The notes under the pieces are model-generated. The model was not told the origin of the DNA, did no database searches, and was given only the letters and a program-made list of their open reading frames with translations. Below are positions 13,935-28,200 of a stretch of DNA of 64,000 bases, piece after piece. The stretch spans positions 214,511 to 278,510 of the forward strand of contig NMRA01000309.1 in the NCBI GenBank assembly GCA_002633005.1, written 5' to 3'. Numbering within the stretch: the stretch's first letter is position 1; each line of letters starts with the position of its first letter. Position numbers and translations under genes: made by a program. The DNA is from Phoronis australis (Eukaryota > Animalia > Phoronida).

Positions 13935-14001
13935 CATGGGCGGCGCACCGTAGGGGGCTGGGGGCTATAGCCCCCATTTTTTCAGAGCTGCGCCGCCCAT
14001 G
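13935..14001. mobile_element. 67-bp mini inverted-repeat element; related degenerate copies at about 14005-14043, 40408-40455 and 41992-42053
   Basis: Perfect 13-bp inverted termini CATGGGCGGCGCA / TGCGCCGCCCATG around GGGGGCTGGGGGCTATAGCCCCC. The same motif recurs elsewhere in the window. No TSD was seen. Confidence 0.55.
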
Positions 14002-14704
14002 CTCTATGTGCGGTGCACCACAGGTGGGCTGGGGGGGGCTATACGTAACAGTTGCTGTTGACATCTATCTCTCTCTTGATTCTCAGGACAGATCTGAGCA
14101 AAGTTCCAAAATAAACCATTCACAGATTCAGATGCCACTAAAATTAGTTTTTTAAATTTAAAATTGATCCACTTAAAACGATACCAAACATCGCTTTGGT
14201 GATATTTCCCAAAATTGTTTTTTTTTATCTGTTTTTGCATATTAGATGCATTCTCTCTCGTGAAGGATGGCTCCAATATTCCCTCGGCGTACCACAAAGT
14301 ACGGTGGTAACTGTCGATTTCTTAACCGAAAGCTTTGCTCACTGTTGTCGATTTCACAAACTTTTACAAGAAGTTCTCAAATTTGCTCTCAACGTATGAG
14401 CGTTGATGAGGATTAGATATCATTGTTTTGTGGTTTTAGTAAAGGACCTATTAGGATATTTTTGATTAAATAAGACCGCTCCAGCAGATTTTATTGACTC
14501 AAAATTGGCCTAGCTGACAGCCCTTGAAGATGGCTTGTCACTAATGTACTTACCTAAATCCGACGCTGACCTTTTCAATAGGTAATCAGGAAAACATGTT
14601 ATAGTTTTGCAGAACACTTTCTTGCTTGGCCGGTCAGCATGCTTGAGAAAGGCTAGGGGAAAACTGAAGTTAGAAACTCAAATGTTTTCAGCGACACAAA
14701 CTGC

Positions 14705-14757
14705 TGCCTCCCTCCCTCCCTGCCTCCCTCCCTGCCTCCCTCCAACCCTCCCCCCTT
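14705..14757. repeat. (CCCT/GCCT)n polypyrimidine simple repeat
   Basis: Seen directly in the sequence. Confidence 0.8.
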
Positions 14758-17710
14758 TCTCTCTCTGTCTTTGCCTTTTTCGTGTCAGCTGGAAATTTGT
14801 TTCGATGGCTTTCACATCTAAGTCTATGGCCTATGCAATGCCAACATTAGGTCAGAATTTAATCCTGCTCTCTTGAACTTCGTGTCTCATGCTTGTTTAA
14901 AATTTAAAGACTTTGACGTCTTTTATCTAAAATTCAACACTTCACAATGAGAATGATCTAACGTAGACATTTTTTTATGCTGTTAAACACAAAACGGGGA
15001 CCGGGGTGTCATCTCTTGACTCGAAACTCTACTCCAAAATTGACGAATTGCTTTACACGCTTCGAGTAAACTTTCGTATTTGTACATGAATCATGTCACG
15101 TGGTTTGGAGTCTGAACCTGAGTAAAATCGGATTTCGGGTATTCTGACACCCTGGCACCTGTAGTGGAGGCATGTATAAATCATCGTACCAGGTCACCAT
15201 TTGGCAACCCCCCACATACCTAAAACATATGCACCAGGCAAACAACTTTAGATTTCGTCGCAAGATGGCATGTTACTTTTATGTTAGCCATGTGTTCCCT
15301 GTTAATTCCTATATGTTGTTAATTCATGTTCTACCAGTGAACCCGCGTACTTCGGGATATTCACAAACTACGAGTTCATCACAGGTTTAATGAGTGGCAC
15401 TATTTTAGAGGGATTCTAAAGGTTTTTTATTAAGCTGAATCGTTTTTACTAAGACTGACATTGGCTTATACCAAAGATTTTATAGTTACCTAAGGGATAT
15501 AGTATCTTTGCTTATACATTGAAACTATAATAACTAACTAACGAGTCTTGTATTTTGTGTTGGGGAGGAGCGTAGTTAGTAAAATTTCTCTTTTCTTCAA
15601 TCCACGTTATACAGATATCAATTTACATAGATTGGAGTACGGAAAGAGAAGGTTTTGTTTGTTTATTTTTCGAAAACTGGTGATATTCCGGGAATGGGAA
15701 GACGAATCGAAACCGTGATTAAATAGTTTTCAAGTGAGGTGGTACTCAGCCGTCAAGATTTGCGGTCACCGCGTATTTAGATTGGCCAGTCTGACGCACA
15801 GTTTTCCACGTAAAAAGCTCGCATTTTTGTGAAACAGGCCTCTGCGTTGGCTGAAATTTACACTTCTGCCTTTACGTAGATGTTTTCTGTCACTCGCAAA
15901 GGTGTTTTACCAACTTACGTTCATCTCTATTACCTCCCGTGTCTATATAAACGTTCCTATCCTCTACTCTTGGAACATAAATTCCTAATAACCAATGCTC
16001 CAGAGAGTGCGCGTAAACAGAGTCTGTGCTGAACTATTTTGGGAAATTGTTCACAGTCACGAGTGTTGTAGCATAAAGTGAGGTCCGGTGTTTGTATACG
16101 CGGTATTTTGTAAGCATAGGTGCAAACAATTTTGCTGCGGCATAGGTGGTAGCCGAGAGGACGTTTTCTCTATCTTTTATAAATTAAACCTAGATGAAGT
16201 TTCCCGAGAGAGATTTATTACCAGGACCCTGAACGTTTCCTCTAATCACCACATGAATGACGTTCTGCAGTTTTAAATAAAGACCGCTTTTCACCGCTCG
16301 AAGTGTTTCCTCCGTTAGCAGTGCGTAAACATTCGCTTGACCGTTCTAGGTAACGGCCCTCTCACACCAAGGCAGTAGTCTCCATGTTCTCTAGGAATTT
16401 TGACACAACGGGTTAAAACTGAGTAGCAAAAGGATCCCCTTTCGCAAGGATTTCAGGGCGGGCTCGGATATTCCGAGAATACCGAGTTTTGTGTGCGTAT
16501 CGCTTCAGCGCGTGTCTGGAATACAACAATCCCATAATAAAACAAGTGCTGTCATACAGTAGTTTTCGATTGGGTTATTGAGATTGTTTTAGCTTGCAAC
16601 GTAGCTTACAAACGAAAGCTATATTTGGATGTTAGGTGATCCGAAAGCGATTGCACCCATTGTATGCTCCAAGGAATTGAATAGGATTAGGAATGACCAG
16701 ATCCTTGGCCAGGTAATAATTTGCGAAGTGCTTAGTAATTTACAGCGCTATGTAAAGCTGGGCTATTATTGTTTTAAAATTTGGCATTTTGATTTTATTT
16801 GACTTAGTCCAAAACACCAAAATGACGTCCTGCTTAACAAGCGAATAGTTTGTACATCTCAATGTTGGCCTCCATCCTGCGCGTGATCCCTATAGGCTTA
16901 GGCTAGCCTGTGACCAGTTTATTAAAGGTGCAAGAACGTCCAAGACTCAATGCAGTAGCAGGCTACACTAGAACATGAAAAATATCATTTTGTCAACGAG
17001 TCCGTTTGTAGGTCGAGTGGGGCTGCATGGCCTTTTGGTCTTCATAGTGTTAGCGACCGTATATACACTTAACGAATGTGTTGCTGCATGAAATCACGGT
17101 TGTTTACGACTGTTCATCGTAACTCGTCATTCACACTGGTAGAATTTTTAGAGACACGATTCTTGCGAACAATCAAAAAATATATCTCACCTGTTTCAAT
17201 CAATACAGTAATATTATTAGTTCGGAGTTATAATTAGAATAGCGTTTACACGTGAGCTAGGCATGCGACAACACTCAAGATTATAACCACAATGCAACCA
17301 TTTTATTACGACGTCAGTTCCCCGGCTTTCTATTTTATTTTTAACTCTTAATTTTCAATAGGAGATGGTGGACGATTGGTTAACTAACTGCATTTTAAGA
17401 GTTACGGGCCAATTTCTAGATAAACACCGATTAAAGTAAGCAATACCACATTTTGAAATACGTTTTTCTATGTTGCAGTATAGAAACTTGACGCGTCGCT
17501 GTCTTAGCAACGGGGTGACCATGTCGACGTTGTGGAACCCGTTGGAACGTTACGAAATCTCCGACCTTATTTCTTTTCTCTAAAAACATACCCTCCACTT
17601 GCTTGTATTTCTAATGGCAATGATGGTGGACCATTGGGTCGCTATTGTGAATTTATGTGTCTCATCTGCTACCACACTATTCTTCTAAAACCGCAAAAGT
17701 TGACCAGGTC

Positions 17711-17950
17711 CAGTGGCGGACCATTTGGCAGTTCGGGGAAGGAATATGCGCGCACCCAGGGGGCTCGGGAGGAGAATGCACAGTGCATAGGCCTTGAACA
17801 AACCCTTTTGTTTAGTAATAAGGTCCACAAACCCAAAATTTCGAGACCCCCTACATCCCTACATTTTAGGCTGGGCGCGCGCATGAGGCGAAATTCTGGT
17901 TATTCCTGTGCCCTGCCCCTCCCCAACTCAAAATCCTGGATTCGCCCCTG
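17711..17950. mobile_element. MITE, CAG(T/G)GGCGGA-TIR family with 5-bp TSD, copy 1
   Basis: Ends are CAGTGGCGGA and TTCGCCCCTG, with TSD AGGTC at 17706-17710 and 17951-17955. The interior (AGTAATAAGGTCCACAAACCCAAAA, GGCTGGGCGCGCGCATG..GCGAAATTCTGG) is shared with 38626-38880. Confidence 0.85.
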
Positions 17951-19730
17951 AGGTCGAGCATCACGCCGATGTAGCCAATCACCAAGTCGACTTGGACGAG
18001 CACTACGTTGACGTGGTAGGGCATCGAATCGACGTGGTAGAGGACCTCTTCGACGAGGTCAACCATCATGTTCCTGCTGTCCTTTTCAACTGCCATGCAC
18101 GTTTCCCGGTCGAATTCTGCAGCGAAATTGACATTTGAAAATATAAACTGTTTTTAACATATTCACTAAATGATTAGTGGCTTTGTTCACAATGCCTCCT
18201 TAAATCGTTTGCACTGGGGTGAACAATCTCTCAAATTCTCTCGGCGTTTTCTTAATTACCAGAAATCTTCGCGCTAACCAGCTGGTTTAATTAGATTGCA
18301 GAGAGAATGGTCTCGATTTTCGCGGCCTGTCCCAGCTTACGTAATGATTGCGGTAAAATATTTCTGCAAGCAAGTGCAGTTCGACGTCTGGTTCAGCTGG
18401 TATACACGAAGCAACCCAATGAGTTCCAAGTGGTTATTTTGGAAAAGGCCCTTGAAACGTCTGTATTTGAGATAAAAAGAACTAATCATACTCAAGGGTA
18501 ACAAGTAAACGAGATTTAGAGAGGCGCTTAGACCGCATGTTGAGTCATTTTGGTTAAGAAAATAAATATTTCTATAAAGCTTTGATGATCCCATAGTTGA
18601 AGACCAACCATCAAGCTGGAGTATGCAATAAATAAAAAGCAGATGCTGAACTTTCGTGTGTTTGCTAATGGTCCCGCTTTCATTTTTAAACCTGGTTGTG
18701 CGCCGATCATTTGATCCGATATTTTCGCATGCTTTCTTCAGTCCAGTTAATTATAAAAGAAGGTGCTTATTATTTTGTCGTTCGTGGAGTAGGAACTGTT
18801 GTCACACACCACTCGAACTCTTCAATATATTACATACTAAAACATCAGAACAGATAAAGAGGTCTTGGTTCATTTTCCGAAAATCCTCCTTATTGCTAGG
18901 TACAACGGTTCTTCTGTTTTGGTGTGACATGATCGTTCACGTGATGTTCCTTAAAGGTGTAGTCGTTTGTTCTTTATTTTAGACAAATGGTCGGCAAACT
19001 TGTTTTAATGACTATTTGTTTCAACCATTCAGGAAAGACTTCTTTTTGATAAAATAAACAACAACATTAACCAAACTATATGTTGAAACATCAAATACGC
19101 CCTCGGCATAATTTCGTTACCTTCTAGTTCCGAAGACACTTCACTGTACAGGCATTTTACCCATGAAAACACAGACACGAGTCTTTAATTAGCAAGCATT
19201 GAGTTGGTTGGACTCAAAACTCGGTAATATTCTTACATGGTCAACTGCAATTGGAGATGCTTTTTTAAATCTAACACCGTGCCAGATAGTCCAGATGGCG
19301 AAGAAATCAAAACAAGACGTGGTCTAGCGATGAATGGGTGCCGGCATTTAATACGTCAAAGCAACACCCTTGTTCCAAACAGATTTGTCATATTTAAACG
19401 ACAATGTGTTTTAGAATAAAGTGAGCGGAACAGTTTCAATTAACTATCAGGGTTGTTGACATTAAAGATGTCGATTTCTTGAAAGATGATTTGATTTAGG
19501 CGATTAAATAGGACGCATGAGTTTCGTAGCTTTTGTGGATGCAAAAACAGTCAATTATACAAGTGGTCATTCGAGTCAAAAAAGTCTCACGTGCGTTATT
19601 CAAAACAAAGTGCTTAATGGACTCTAATGTGTGGTGTCCTGTCGTGCATTCAACTTACGGTGAGCGCCCTTCACCTGTGGCTAACCACCTATGACCAAGG
19701 AATTAAATGGTGCGGTAATCTCACGAGTGA

Positions 19731-19845
19731 GGAGGCAGTGTGGTCTAGTGTGATGGTGCCCGCCTTCTTTACTCGAGGTCGTGGGTTCGGGTCCCACTGG
19801 GCCACACTGCTAGACCCTTGAATCAGGTCTCTAGCTCCTCAGCTC
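19731..19845 (+). mobile_element. tRNA-derived SINE head (degenerate)
   Basis: A-box-like TGGTCTAGTG at 19741 and B-box-like GGTTCGGGTCC at 19784 are at tRNA spacing, followed by a SINE-body-like ACCCTTGAATCAGG segment. There is no convincing cloverleaf. Confidence 0.6.
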
Positions 19846-22276
19846 GGTTTTAACTACATATTAATAAAGCACAAAGATATTTCAAGGTGATAAGTGCAAT
19901 GGGCCCGCATGCGCGGCCTGCGCACGTCAGGTACAACGTGCACCACACCGCCTGCAATTATTTTTTTATATATTTTATAATCTCACGAGTAGCGTGGTCA
20001 CGTGCGTCGCTTGCAATGCACGGCAATGTGTCTCGCGGAGTCTTGTGGGGCCTTGCGTTTTCGCTAGGTTCTCACATCTACGAAACGACGCCTTGGGAAT
20101 CTGTACTATCAGCCCAAATCCCTTTTTTACCCCTGTCAACCAAGTTTATTTTTTGCGTTTGTTTGTTTGTCTCTTTGTCTTACATTTAATAATATCATGA
20201 CCACATTTCCACAGCTTTCAAATCTTGAAAGGTATTCCAAGTTCGCGAGCACTAAAGATGATTCATCTTCAGTTCATTTTATCTTAGTCAAAAAAATAAG
20301 ATTTGGTAATATTCGGACATTACGCATCTAATGGATTTTAGAATCATGCACGTTTGTCTTTAATCGCTCATCAAATGCTCCCCTGTGACGTAACGGGTTG
20401 GAATGCCAGCCAAGATACTTTTTTATACTTAAACTGGCCGAGGCACTCATGATTTATAAAAATAACTCTAGTTTCGTTATCATGACGCTTCAAAGGGAAA
20501 ACAGTGCAAGACATAATTACAAACGTACTGAGTTGCATAATGAAAAACAATGCTTTGACACAAGTTTACACATTATAATCAACCAACAATGAAAGTTGAT
20601 TTGTTTCCAACCCGTAGACATTAATCGACTGTTAAAACGCTTGATGAAACAAACGCGTCCCTAATTCAACTCGTTTTCCTTGAGGTCAAGTTTGTCTCAT
20701 TGGTTGACTGGATATGAGATTTGTTTTCGACGTCAAGACTGTTTCTTTACATCATTTTCGCCCATCGGTATAGGATGTACACAAGATAATTAGCACCCTA
20801 TAAACCCTCCCCGATACCCAGCTGGTTTCTCGTTTACGGGGATACACAGACAGTCAATAACTGGCATCCCGATGGAGTCAGCGAGGTAATTGGATGCTGC
20901 AAGCAAAGACTGCAGTTGAAATACCATGACGTTGATTTTGCTGCGATGGTCCTGTTTTCTTGATGTTCACAATTCCTATACACAATGTTAGTTTTTAGCA
21001 ATAACGCGCAGGAAATCTGTAGACTTCTCGAAATACCAAAACGCATTATTTTATTTTTCAGCTGTACATTCCTGTCGTTATCTTCAAAATCATAAAGATA
21101 GTTTGTAAACGTATTCTCATGTTATGAATACAGTTGCATTATGAGAACCGTAAAATGGGTTAATGATTTGCTGCACAAAGCACGTGATATCAATGTCATG
21201 AGGTCAAAAACAACAAGTCATGAATTGTACATCCACCACTGAAACAGGCAGTTCTCAGAATGCACTTGGTGGAGTCTGGACTCACTGTATAGAATGCCAA
21301 GAATGCTAATTCTACCTCAAACTAATCAATCAGTTTCAAAAAACTGTTCAGGATTTTTGGGAGTTGGAAACTATAAATACATTGTATTTCACCCAACATT
21401 TCATTGATACTATTTTGTTTTCTTGTGGAACAAGTGAGCTGATACGTCGTCGACTTAAATTAAAGCTGGAAAGCAAATTTCGTGTAGTCATAATTATTGA
21501 ATGACTATTGGCGCGATACTAGTCACAGAATGGTTTCAATTGTAGAGTGAATGGACAGTGACTAAAAGAATCTCTGGGATATTAATTTAAAAGGCCATTC
21601 GCCGACTTGTTAGAAATGGACATGTTTCCAAGATAATTCCTTCCATGGAATGTAAAATAGTTGACCAATATGCTCAAAGGCAAATCTTCCAATTCCTCTA
21701 ATATTTACAGTGTGCACCCACTTATACATTGCCTGGTTATCAGTAAACGAGAATATCTAAAAAATGAGTACAATCTATATCTCTAGAATAGGAAAATAAA
21801 AAAGCATTCGCGTAAATACTCTTGCTTGTGGCGGATTTACGTTTTCATGGGCGGGGTGACATATTCGTCGTGGGTACCCTCCGACCATGAGCAAACATAA
21901 ATAAACGCCGAAGGCATGCCTACATAAAACAACAGAAACGAAGTGTTTTGGCCACAGAAGGTATTTATTGAAGAGCGCGGTTAAACCCCTTGACTCTACC
22001 TTGCTCACATCTGTAAGGGTTTATTTCTCCCACCTGAAATTGACTTCATTGATCGATTGAGGATTTAATCTCCGAGCTTAAGACTAAAGTTGCGTCCACA
22101 TGAGTTCGACCACTGATCGTTTTACTGCCTTGAAGTTTGTTGTGACACTCTTTATATCATCTCATTAGACTACTTGAAATGAAGCTTATTTTTCATAAAC
22201 TGCCATTTTTGGGGCTTTTTAGAATAATCTAATATCTATATGATTAGATTTTCATGTATCGCTGTGTTACTAGGTC

Positions 22277-22308
<32 letters not shown>

Positions 22309-22405
22309 TAATAATAATAATAATAAACTTTATTTAAAGAGGATAAAAATACAATAAATGTAAAACATGCTTTAGCCAAAGGCTAATATCCAGCATGGTC
22401 CTCCA
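22277..22405 (-). mobile_element. 3' tail of a LINE (L2/CR1-like) or LINE-partnered SINE ending in a (TTA)n microsatellite
   Basis: On the minus strand: stem-loop TTAGCC-TTT-GGCTAA (22372-22386) inside a CATGCT/AGCATG outer stem, then AATAAA, then about 16 TTA units (22277-22326). The microsatellite is certain; the LINE origin is inferred. Confidence 0.5.
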
Positions 22406-23268
22406 ACAAATAGAGTATAAAACAACTTACGATTTACTGTTTCTTGTAGCTAATTATATGCATTTGGAGGCTATTTATAAGTAAGTTTGATCAACGATAC
22501 GTCACACAGAAAGTGTCCAATCGACGGGTCGGAATAAGTACTGTCTGGAGAAAAATTTCAAAGTCAATTTAGTTCAACTTCAAAGTTTTGTTATTCTAAC
22601 TATCAAATGAAAATGCTTTTCGTTGTCCATGTAGAAATGCAAGTTGAAACAAGAAGGTTTTTTTTACCAATTTTAAGATTTGGTTAGCTTCCAATAAATT
22701 TCTCGTTTTGAATTATCAGCGGTATTCCAGTATGCAAGAACCTTCATGGCATCAGAGTATGCGTCTTCCCGTTTTACGCCTAGTTAGTCACGCCACCTCA
22801 ATAGCTTAATCCTTATGTTCAGGTTAGTTTAGTTTATTTTTTGTTGCGTAACATAGCATAACCTCAGGCTGATGTAAATCAAGTATTTTACGTATTATAA
22901 CTTTTATCCAACTGTGCACTATTAACATGATATTTTATTTCAGTGCTTTGCTTTCCATTGTCAAAACAACGTTCTAGAAACATTCAGACACGTCAAGATC
23001 TGCTCACTCAGTTTTAAAGACCGCAAATTTGAAGCACAACATTTGATTTAGTTGTCCCGTCCCATTTCGTCTTCGAATCCTGCAAACCCAGTCAGTGGAA
23101 GGGGTTTTCAGTGCCATCTCTCTCCCAGTCTTTGGTCTTGTGGGTACCTTTACGTGCTAAATAATAATAACACGATCGCGCGTAACAAACCCTACAACTT
23201 GGTTTTGTTTTTGCTGAAATTACAAGTACCTGGTTATCTTGAGACAGGACTGAGCGCAAAATATTGCA

Positions 23269-23642
23269 CCGTACTGCCGCGCCTTTAGGTCCATGGGCCT
23301 ATACCCGAAGTAACGCCTTTTTGCCATCTCTTTTCAACCAAGGGGTTCGCACATTGGCGCATGCCCCTAAGTTTTGCATATAAGCCCAGGAAATGTCTCC
23401 TGCATACTGTAGGCCCATACATTAATTCGCATGTAGGGGCATCCATGTTTTTGATAAAAATTGACTAGCTTTTCATGAACAACATTTTACCATGTTACAG
23501 CGCGTTTGGGCCCATGGGCCTGTATGTAATCCCCCTTTTCGCGGTCTCTTTTTTACCCAAGTGGTTGGCGCATGCGCTTAAGTTTCGCATATAAGTGTAG
23601 TTCCACACAGACGCCCATGGGCCTAATGGCACGGCAATACGG
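23269..23642. mobile_element. Tc1/mariner (pogo-like) MITE
   Basis: 30-bp TIRs CCGTACTGCCGCGCCTTTAGGTCCATGGGC vs reverse-complemented CCGTATTGCCGTGCCATTAGGCCCATGGGC (4 mismatches). TA is on the right flank and CA on the left. An internal direct repeat of the left end starts near 23500. Confidence 0.75.
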
Positions 23643-24668
23643 TAAGCGTGGTCAGCATGCGACAACAGTGAAGCGAAGTAATGCAGTCCTAACAATAAGT
23701 TTACTGCATCTTGTTTTTGCATTTTCTTTCGATGAGGAAACATAATGACCGACTGACTAACGGTATGTTTGCTCAATGAAAGTTGAATACAGACGCAATA
23801 CGCCGGAAATTGTTCGTTGGGCCGACTACGTCACTTCATTATTCTTGAATGCACAGTTTATTATGACCAATGGAACAGCAGTTAAAGCTGAAACGTGAAT
23901 CTGGTCTAAGTCCAGATCCCTCTTGTACTTAGTAGCTCAATTGTCTGCCTCAAGTTAACAATAACTCAGCTCGTATCTCGATGCGGGTTACCTACACGCA
24001 GCGAGGCAAAATGTTCACGGATCGTAGTAAATGTAGTACACAGCCATAAAATGAGCGAGTGAAATTTGTTGTCAGGTGATACAATAGTTAGCTTTCATAA
24101 CCTACCGGTTGTAGCCGGCAAAAATAATTAGCCCACCTCGTCCGCATACTGTGTGAATTTATGTTCGCCAGTTAAAATAAAACAATATCTGAAAAAGTTG
24201 TCTCACCCCCCCCCCATTTGTCTCACCCCTCACAAGACAAAATCCTCAAGGCTTATTTTTCAGCAGCTGTAGGCTCTGACCATGTGAGGCACGTAGCTCT
24301 CCGTCCAAGCTGGCCCCAAGTACTTAGCCGATTATATTCGGTAATCAATGAAAATTAATTATTTCATCATCTTGCAACAACAAATCTTTCTTGCTGGCTT
24401 ATTGTAACCGTAGTTACTGATCATTGGACATTTTGGCTGGCTGTGACGTAAGGTCAATTTCACTTGAGGAAGCCAAATGACCTCGTAATTCTCCGGCTGC
24501 GATGACCCTGAGAGTAAGACGAAAGACTGAGGACGAGTTCCACAATAGCCTACCGGTACCTGTTCTAATGATGCTTTAAGAGGATGAAATTTATACGATG
24601 TGACAAACTCATCCAAAAAATTTTCAGTTTCTAGAACGTTGTCTTGATTAGCGAAGATTCCTTTGCAG

Positions 24669-24752
24669 TCGAAGTATGGCGCGCTTGGCTATGGCGGAAG
24701 TTTCCCACGATACAACCGCTCAACTGCTCCCTATTCTAATAACTCTAGATCA
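24669..24752 (+). CDS. FHOD: Second coding exon of the long FHOD isoform (SKYGALGYGGSFPRYNRSTAPYSNNSRS)
   Basis: Acceptor TTCCTTTGCAG, donor GTAAGT, 84 nt, phase 0-0 and open. Composition matches the flanking Y/G/S-rich exons. Confidence 0.75.
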
Positions 24753-25262
24753 GTAAGTGTAAATTTTCACATCCAATCTCCACGTGTTAATCATTCTGTG
24801 TGCATGTTACGTGAGCCTTCCCGCCAAACCCTTGTAGTTTCCTGTAACAAATACATGGTGGAAGTCAATCAAATGTTATAGTTTTATAGTCGCATTCAGG
24901 CGATTTCACCGGTATGCTGATCGTAGATCTGGCCTTTAGATCAATATTACAAATCATTTACTTACCGTTTCGCATTTTGAATATTGTTTTTAAGAAGGTA
25001 AGTTAAGTCTGTACATCATATATTTCATTATATATTTACTGTGTTTGTAAATAATGCGTTTTGTTTTCAACTGTTTACTAGTTCATTCAGTCGTTTTGGT
25101 TGCCCTACTTTGAACAGCTGTTGTTCTGAGGAAATATAAGATGAAACGCTTTTCAATCCAGAACTTTTCGGCTTCATAACTTACTGAGTTTTGTTAATTT
25201 TTTGAAACAGAGTTTCTATCATTGTATTAATATTGTCTTTACGAATAACGCATTTGTTTCAG

Positions 25263-28200
25263 CTTTCGAGTGGCCGCTACGGAGGCTCAACATACGGACT
25301 TGGTGGGGGAGGATCTTACGGCGGTAGCTATGGCGGGAAGTCGTATGGTTCTGGCAGTTACGGTGGCTATGGAAGCTATGGCTTAGGAGGTAGTGGGTTA
25401 GGAAGTCGTTCGTCTAGCTATGTAAGTGGCATTGACAGAACCGGTACCTACCAGTCATCTTCTCTTGACAGGGCAAGCGCAACTCGTGACCGTTACACAA
25501 ACACCTATGCAGGGGCCTCCTATGATCGATATTCGTCCCTAGACAGAAACTATGGAGGTTATCGGTCAGGTTACTTATCAGATGCTAGTAGCACATACGG
25601 CTCTTGGGATAGAAGATCAACTCGAAGCACCGGAAGTAGATACTCGTCTGCATATTCGCTCCCGGGTAGCAGAGACACGTCTTTAGATCGCGCCTCTTTA
25701 TACAGCAGCGATTATGGCTACTCAAGAAGAAGGGAACGGAGAGGAAAGGACCCTGTTGAAGAAAGAGTAAGTGTCCCTGTGCTTGTACGGGAATTTGAAA
25801 CGAAGGCTGCGAAAGAAAACCGTCATCATGATTCAGACGTAGCAACAACTGGATCTTTATATAATTACAACAGACGACAAAGAGAGTCAAAGCCCAACTC
25901 TTACCGAGAACGACGACGAGAAACAGAATCTCCGCCAAGGCGAACTCAGCAAGAATCTGCCAGGCGAAAACGAGTGCAGCGAAGGAAAGAGACCGACACC
26001 TCTGACTCTGAAGCAGAAGTGCAACGCGACAATAGGAGCACACCAGAAGCCTTGCGAGACCATACTGTTGGTCCAGTTGAAACAATTCAAACAGTGCAAT
26101 ATTTAACCACAAGAGCGACGTCGCCATTTGAGTTTGACGCTAGATATGTCCCAATAAAAAATCGTGCTAAAACTATCGCTAACACGAAGACAGTTGCTCG
26201 TCCTCGTAAACTATTTAAAATGAACGTCAATGGGCAGATTTTATTCGGTGAAAAAGCACCACCTGAAGTTGGTCATTGTGCCATACAAACAGTAGACGAC
26301 CAAGACATTTGCTCGCGCGATTTAAATTCTGAAGGAGTGAATGAGTTAACTATGAGTTCAGATTTTCACGAACTGTTCGACAAGTACGCAGGAGGGTTAG
26401 AATTTCCGCAAAAGTCCCCCCAGTCGGAAGCTGACCCCAACAGTCCTGCCGTTATTGAGGTGGAAAATTGCAAAGCTGATTCTGGAGAAATTTCAAGGAA
26501 AGAGATGTCCAGTCAGCCTTGTGAAAAAGATGGTGAATCTCGTGAGCTATCTAAGAAAGCAAAACGTTTGAATCGCCTCAAACGAGAAAAAGACCTTTAT
26601 ATCACAGAATCTGAAACTGAAATGGAGGAGAAGGCTCCGCCAAAGATGGTAAGAATGGAGTCTGGGGAAATTACAGGAGATTACGATGAATACAAAAGTG
26701 CAACAGAACTAGAATTAAAAATTAGTACTGGGACAGACTGCGAAACTGAGATTGAAGAAATAACGGGGACGCCTCGGTTTGACGATTGCAGAAAAGATGT
26801 AATAACTTGCGACCAAATTGAGCAAAATATTGAGCACTCTCACATCCATCTTATGGATCAACCGGAAACAATTGTTGAAGATTCAGAGACTCTTTGTGAG
26901 ACAGACGATAAACAACTTAGTTCACAAACAGAGCGCGTCGAGACGGACCGTTCTTCTAGTCAAGTACGCAATATGGGGAAAGAATTGGAGGCTCCTTCAG
27001 TCAAAAGTACTGGTCATGCTAGCCGCCAGGAGTCAATTCCAGAAGCTGATCGCCAGGTTCTTCCTACTATAGAAGTTGAACGCCTGGATGAAAAGGCTGC
27101 TAATTTGTTTGTGCAAGATGTTGAGGAAGATGACGACTTACCGGGGTATCCAGATGATCAAGCAGTGTCTGCTGACGACAATGAGCGCCAACTCACCAGA
27201 TATTACTTGCAAAAACATCGCTGTATGCAAGAGCTTAAAGATTTTGATCGCTGTAATTCTTGGGGTACAACCAGTCAACGACCTTCTCATATCAATCTTG
27301 GTCAGCTACAGTCTCCTTTGGACGCTTACATGACCCCACTGACACCGGAAGCGCTTGCATTACGAGAAAGTATAGAGAAAGTGTTAAGTTGGCAAGAGTC
27401 ACTTGAATTGGCCGATACCCAAATGCCTGAGACTGGATATTCAGAGGACCCTGTCTACATTACAAAGAGACAAGAAATTTTTCAGAAGCCTTCGAGCTCT
27501 CGAGCATCCAGTCGGACGAAGAACAAGGCTAATCATCGCCGAGACTCGTTCGAAGAAATATATTCTGGGTCAGATTATGAACAGAGAGATGACGTTGGCA
27601 GTCGTTCAAAAAGATCTCATAGAAGCAGAGAAAGGGGTTCTTCTCGAGAAAATCATAGCAAGCATTCAAAAGATAGCTCACGGAAATCTGGTAAAAGGGA
27701 TAATTCGGGAAGTTCTTCTGAAGCTCGGTCGCGGTCAATCGGAAAAAGGCACCATTCTTCGAGACAAAGACTCGCATACGGTGGCTCCAGACCGAACTCG
27801 CGTGACGAAATTATTGACGAATATACGTCTCCAGAGGAATTCCAGGATGACAAATCTAAACCCAGCAAGACTGAACGGCGCAAGTCGTACTCTGATCAGC
27901 ATCAATCACGTCCTTCTTCAACTGAACGGCTGTTGGATGACTTCATATCTCAACCTCTCACCAATAAGCAAGAACCACAGCGCATCTCCAGTGTTACCGC
28001 CAAATCATCGCACTCTCGATCGAAATCATTTGACGGTATTTTAGAGCATACCAAAGGACAGTGTGAGGTGTTAGAAGAAGAAGATGTTAAATGTAGCTCT
28101 ACCCATTCTCAGTCAAATACATGTGTCCTTGAGAGAAGGGAGTCTTTAAAGCCAGTCGATGATGAAAAAATGAAACAACTGTCAATGTCTTTTGATAATG

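Noticed and set aside
19731-19805. Functional tRNA gene
   Set aside because: A- and B-box-like motifs are present but the stems do not form a cloverleaf, and the downstream sequence resembles a SINE body.
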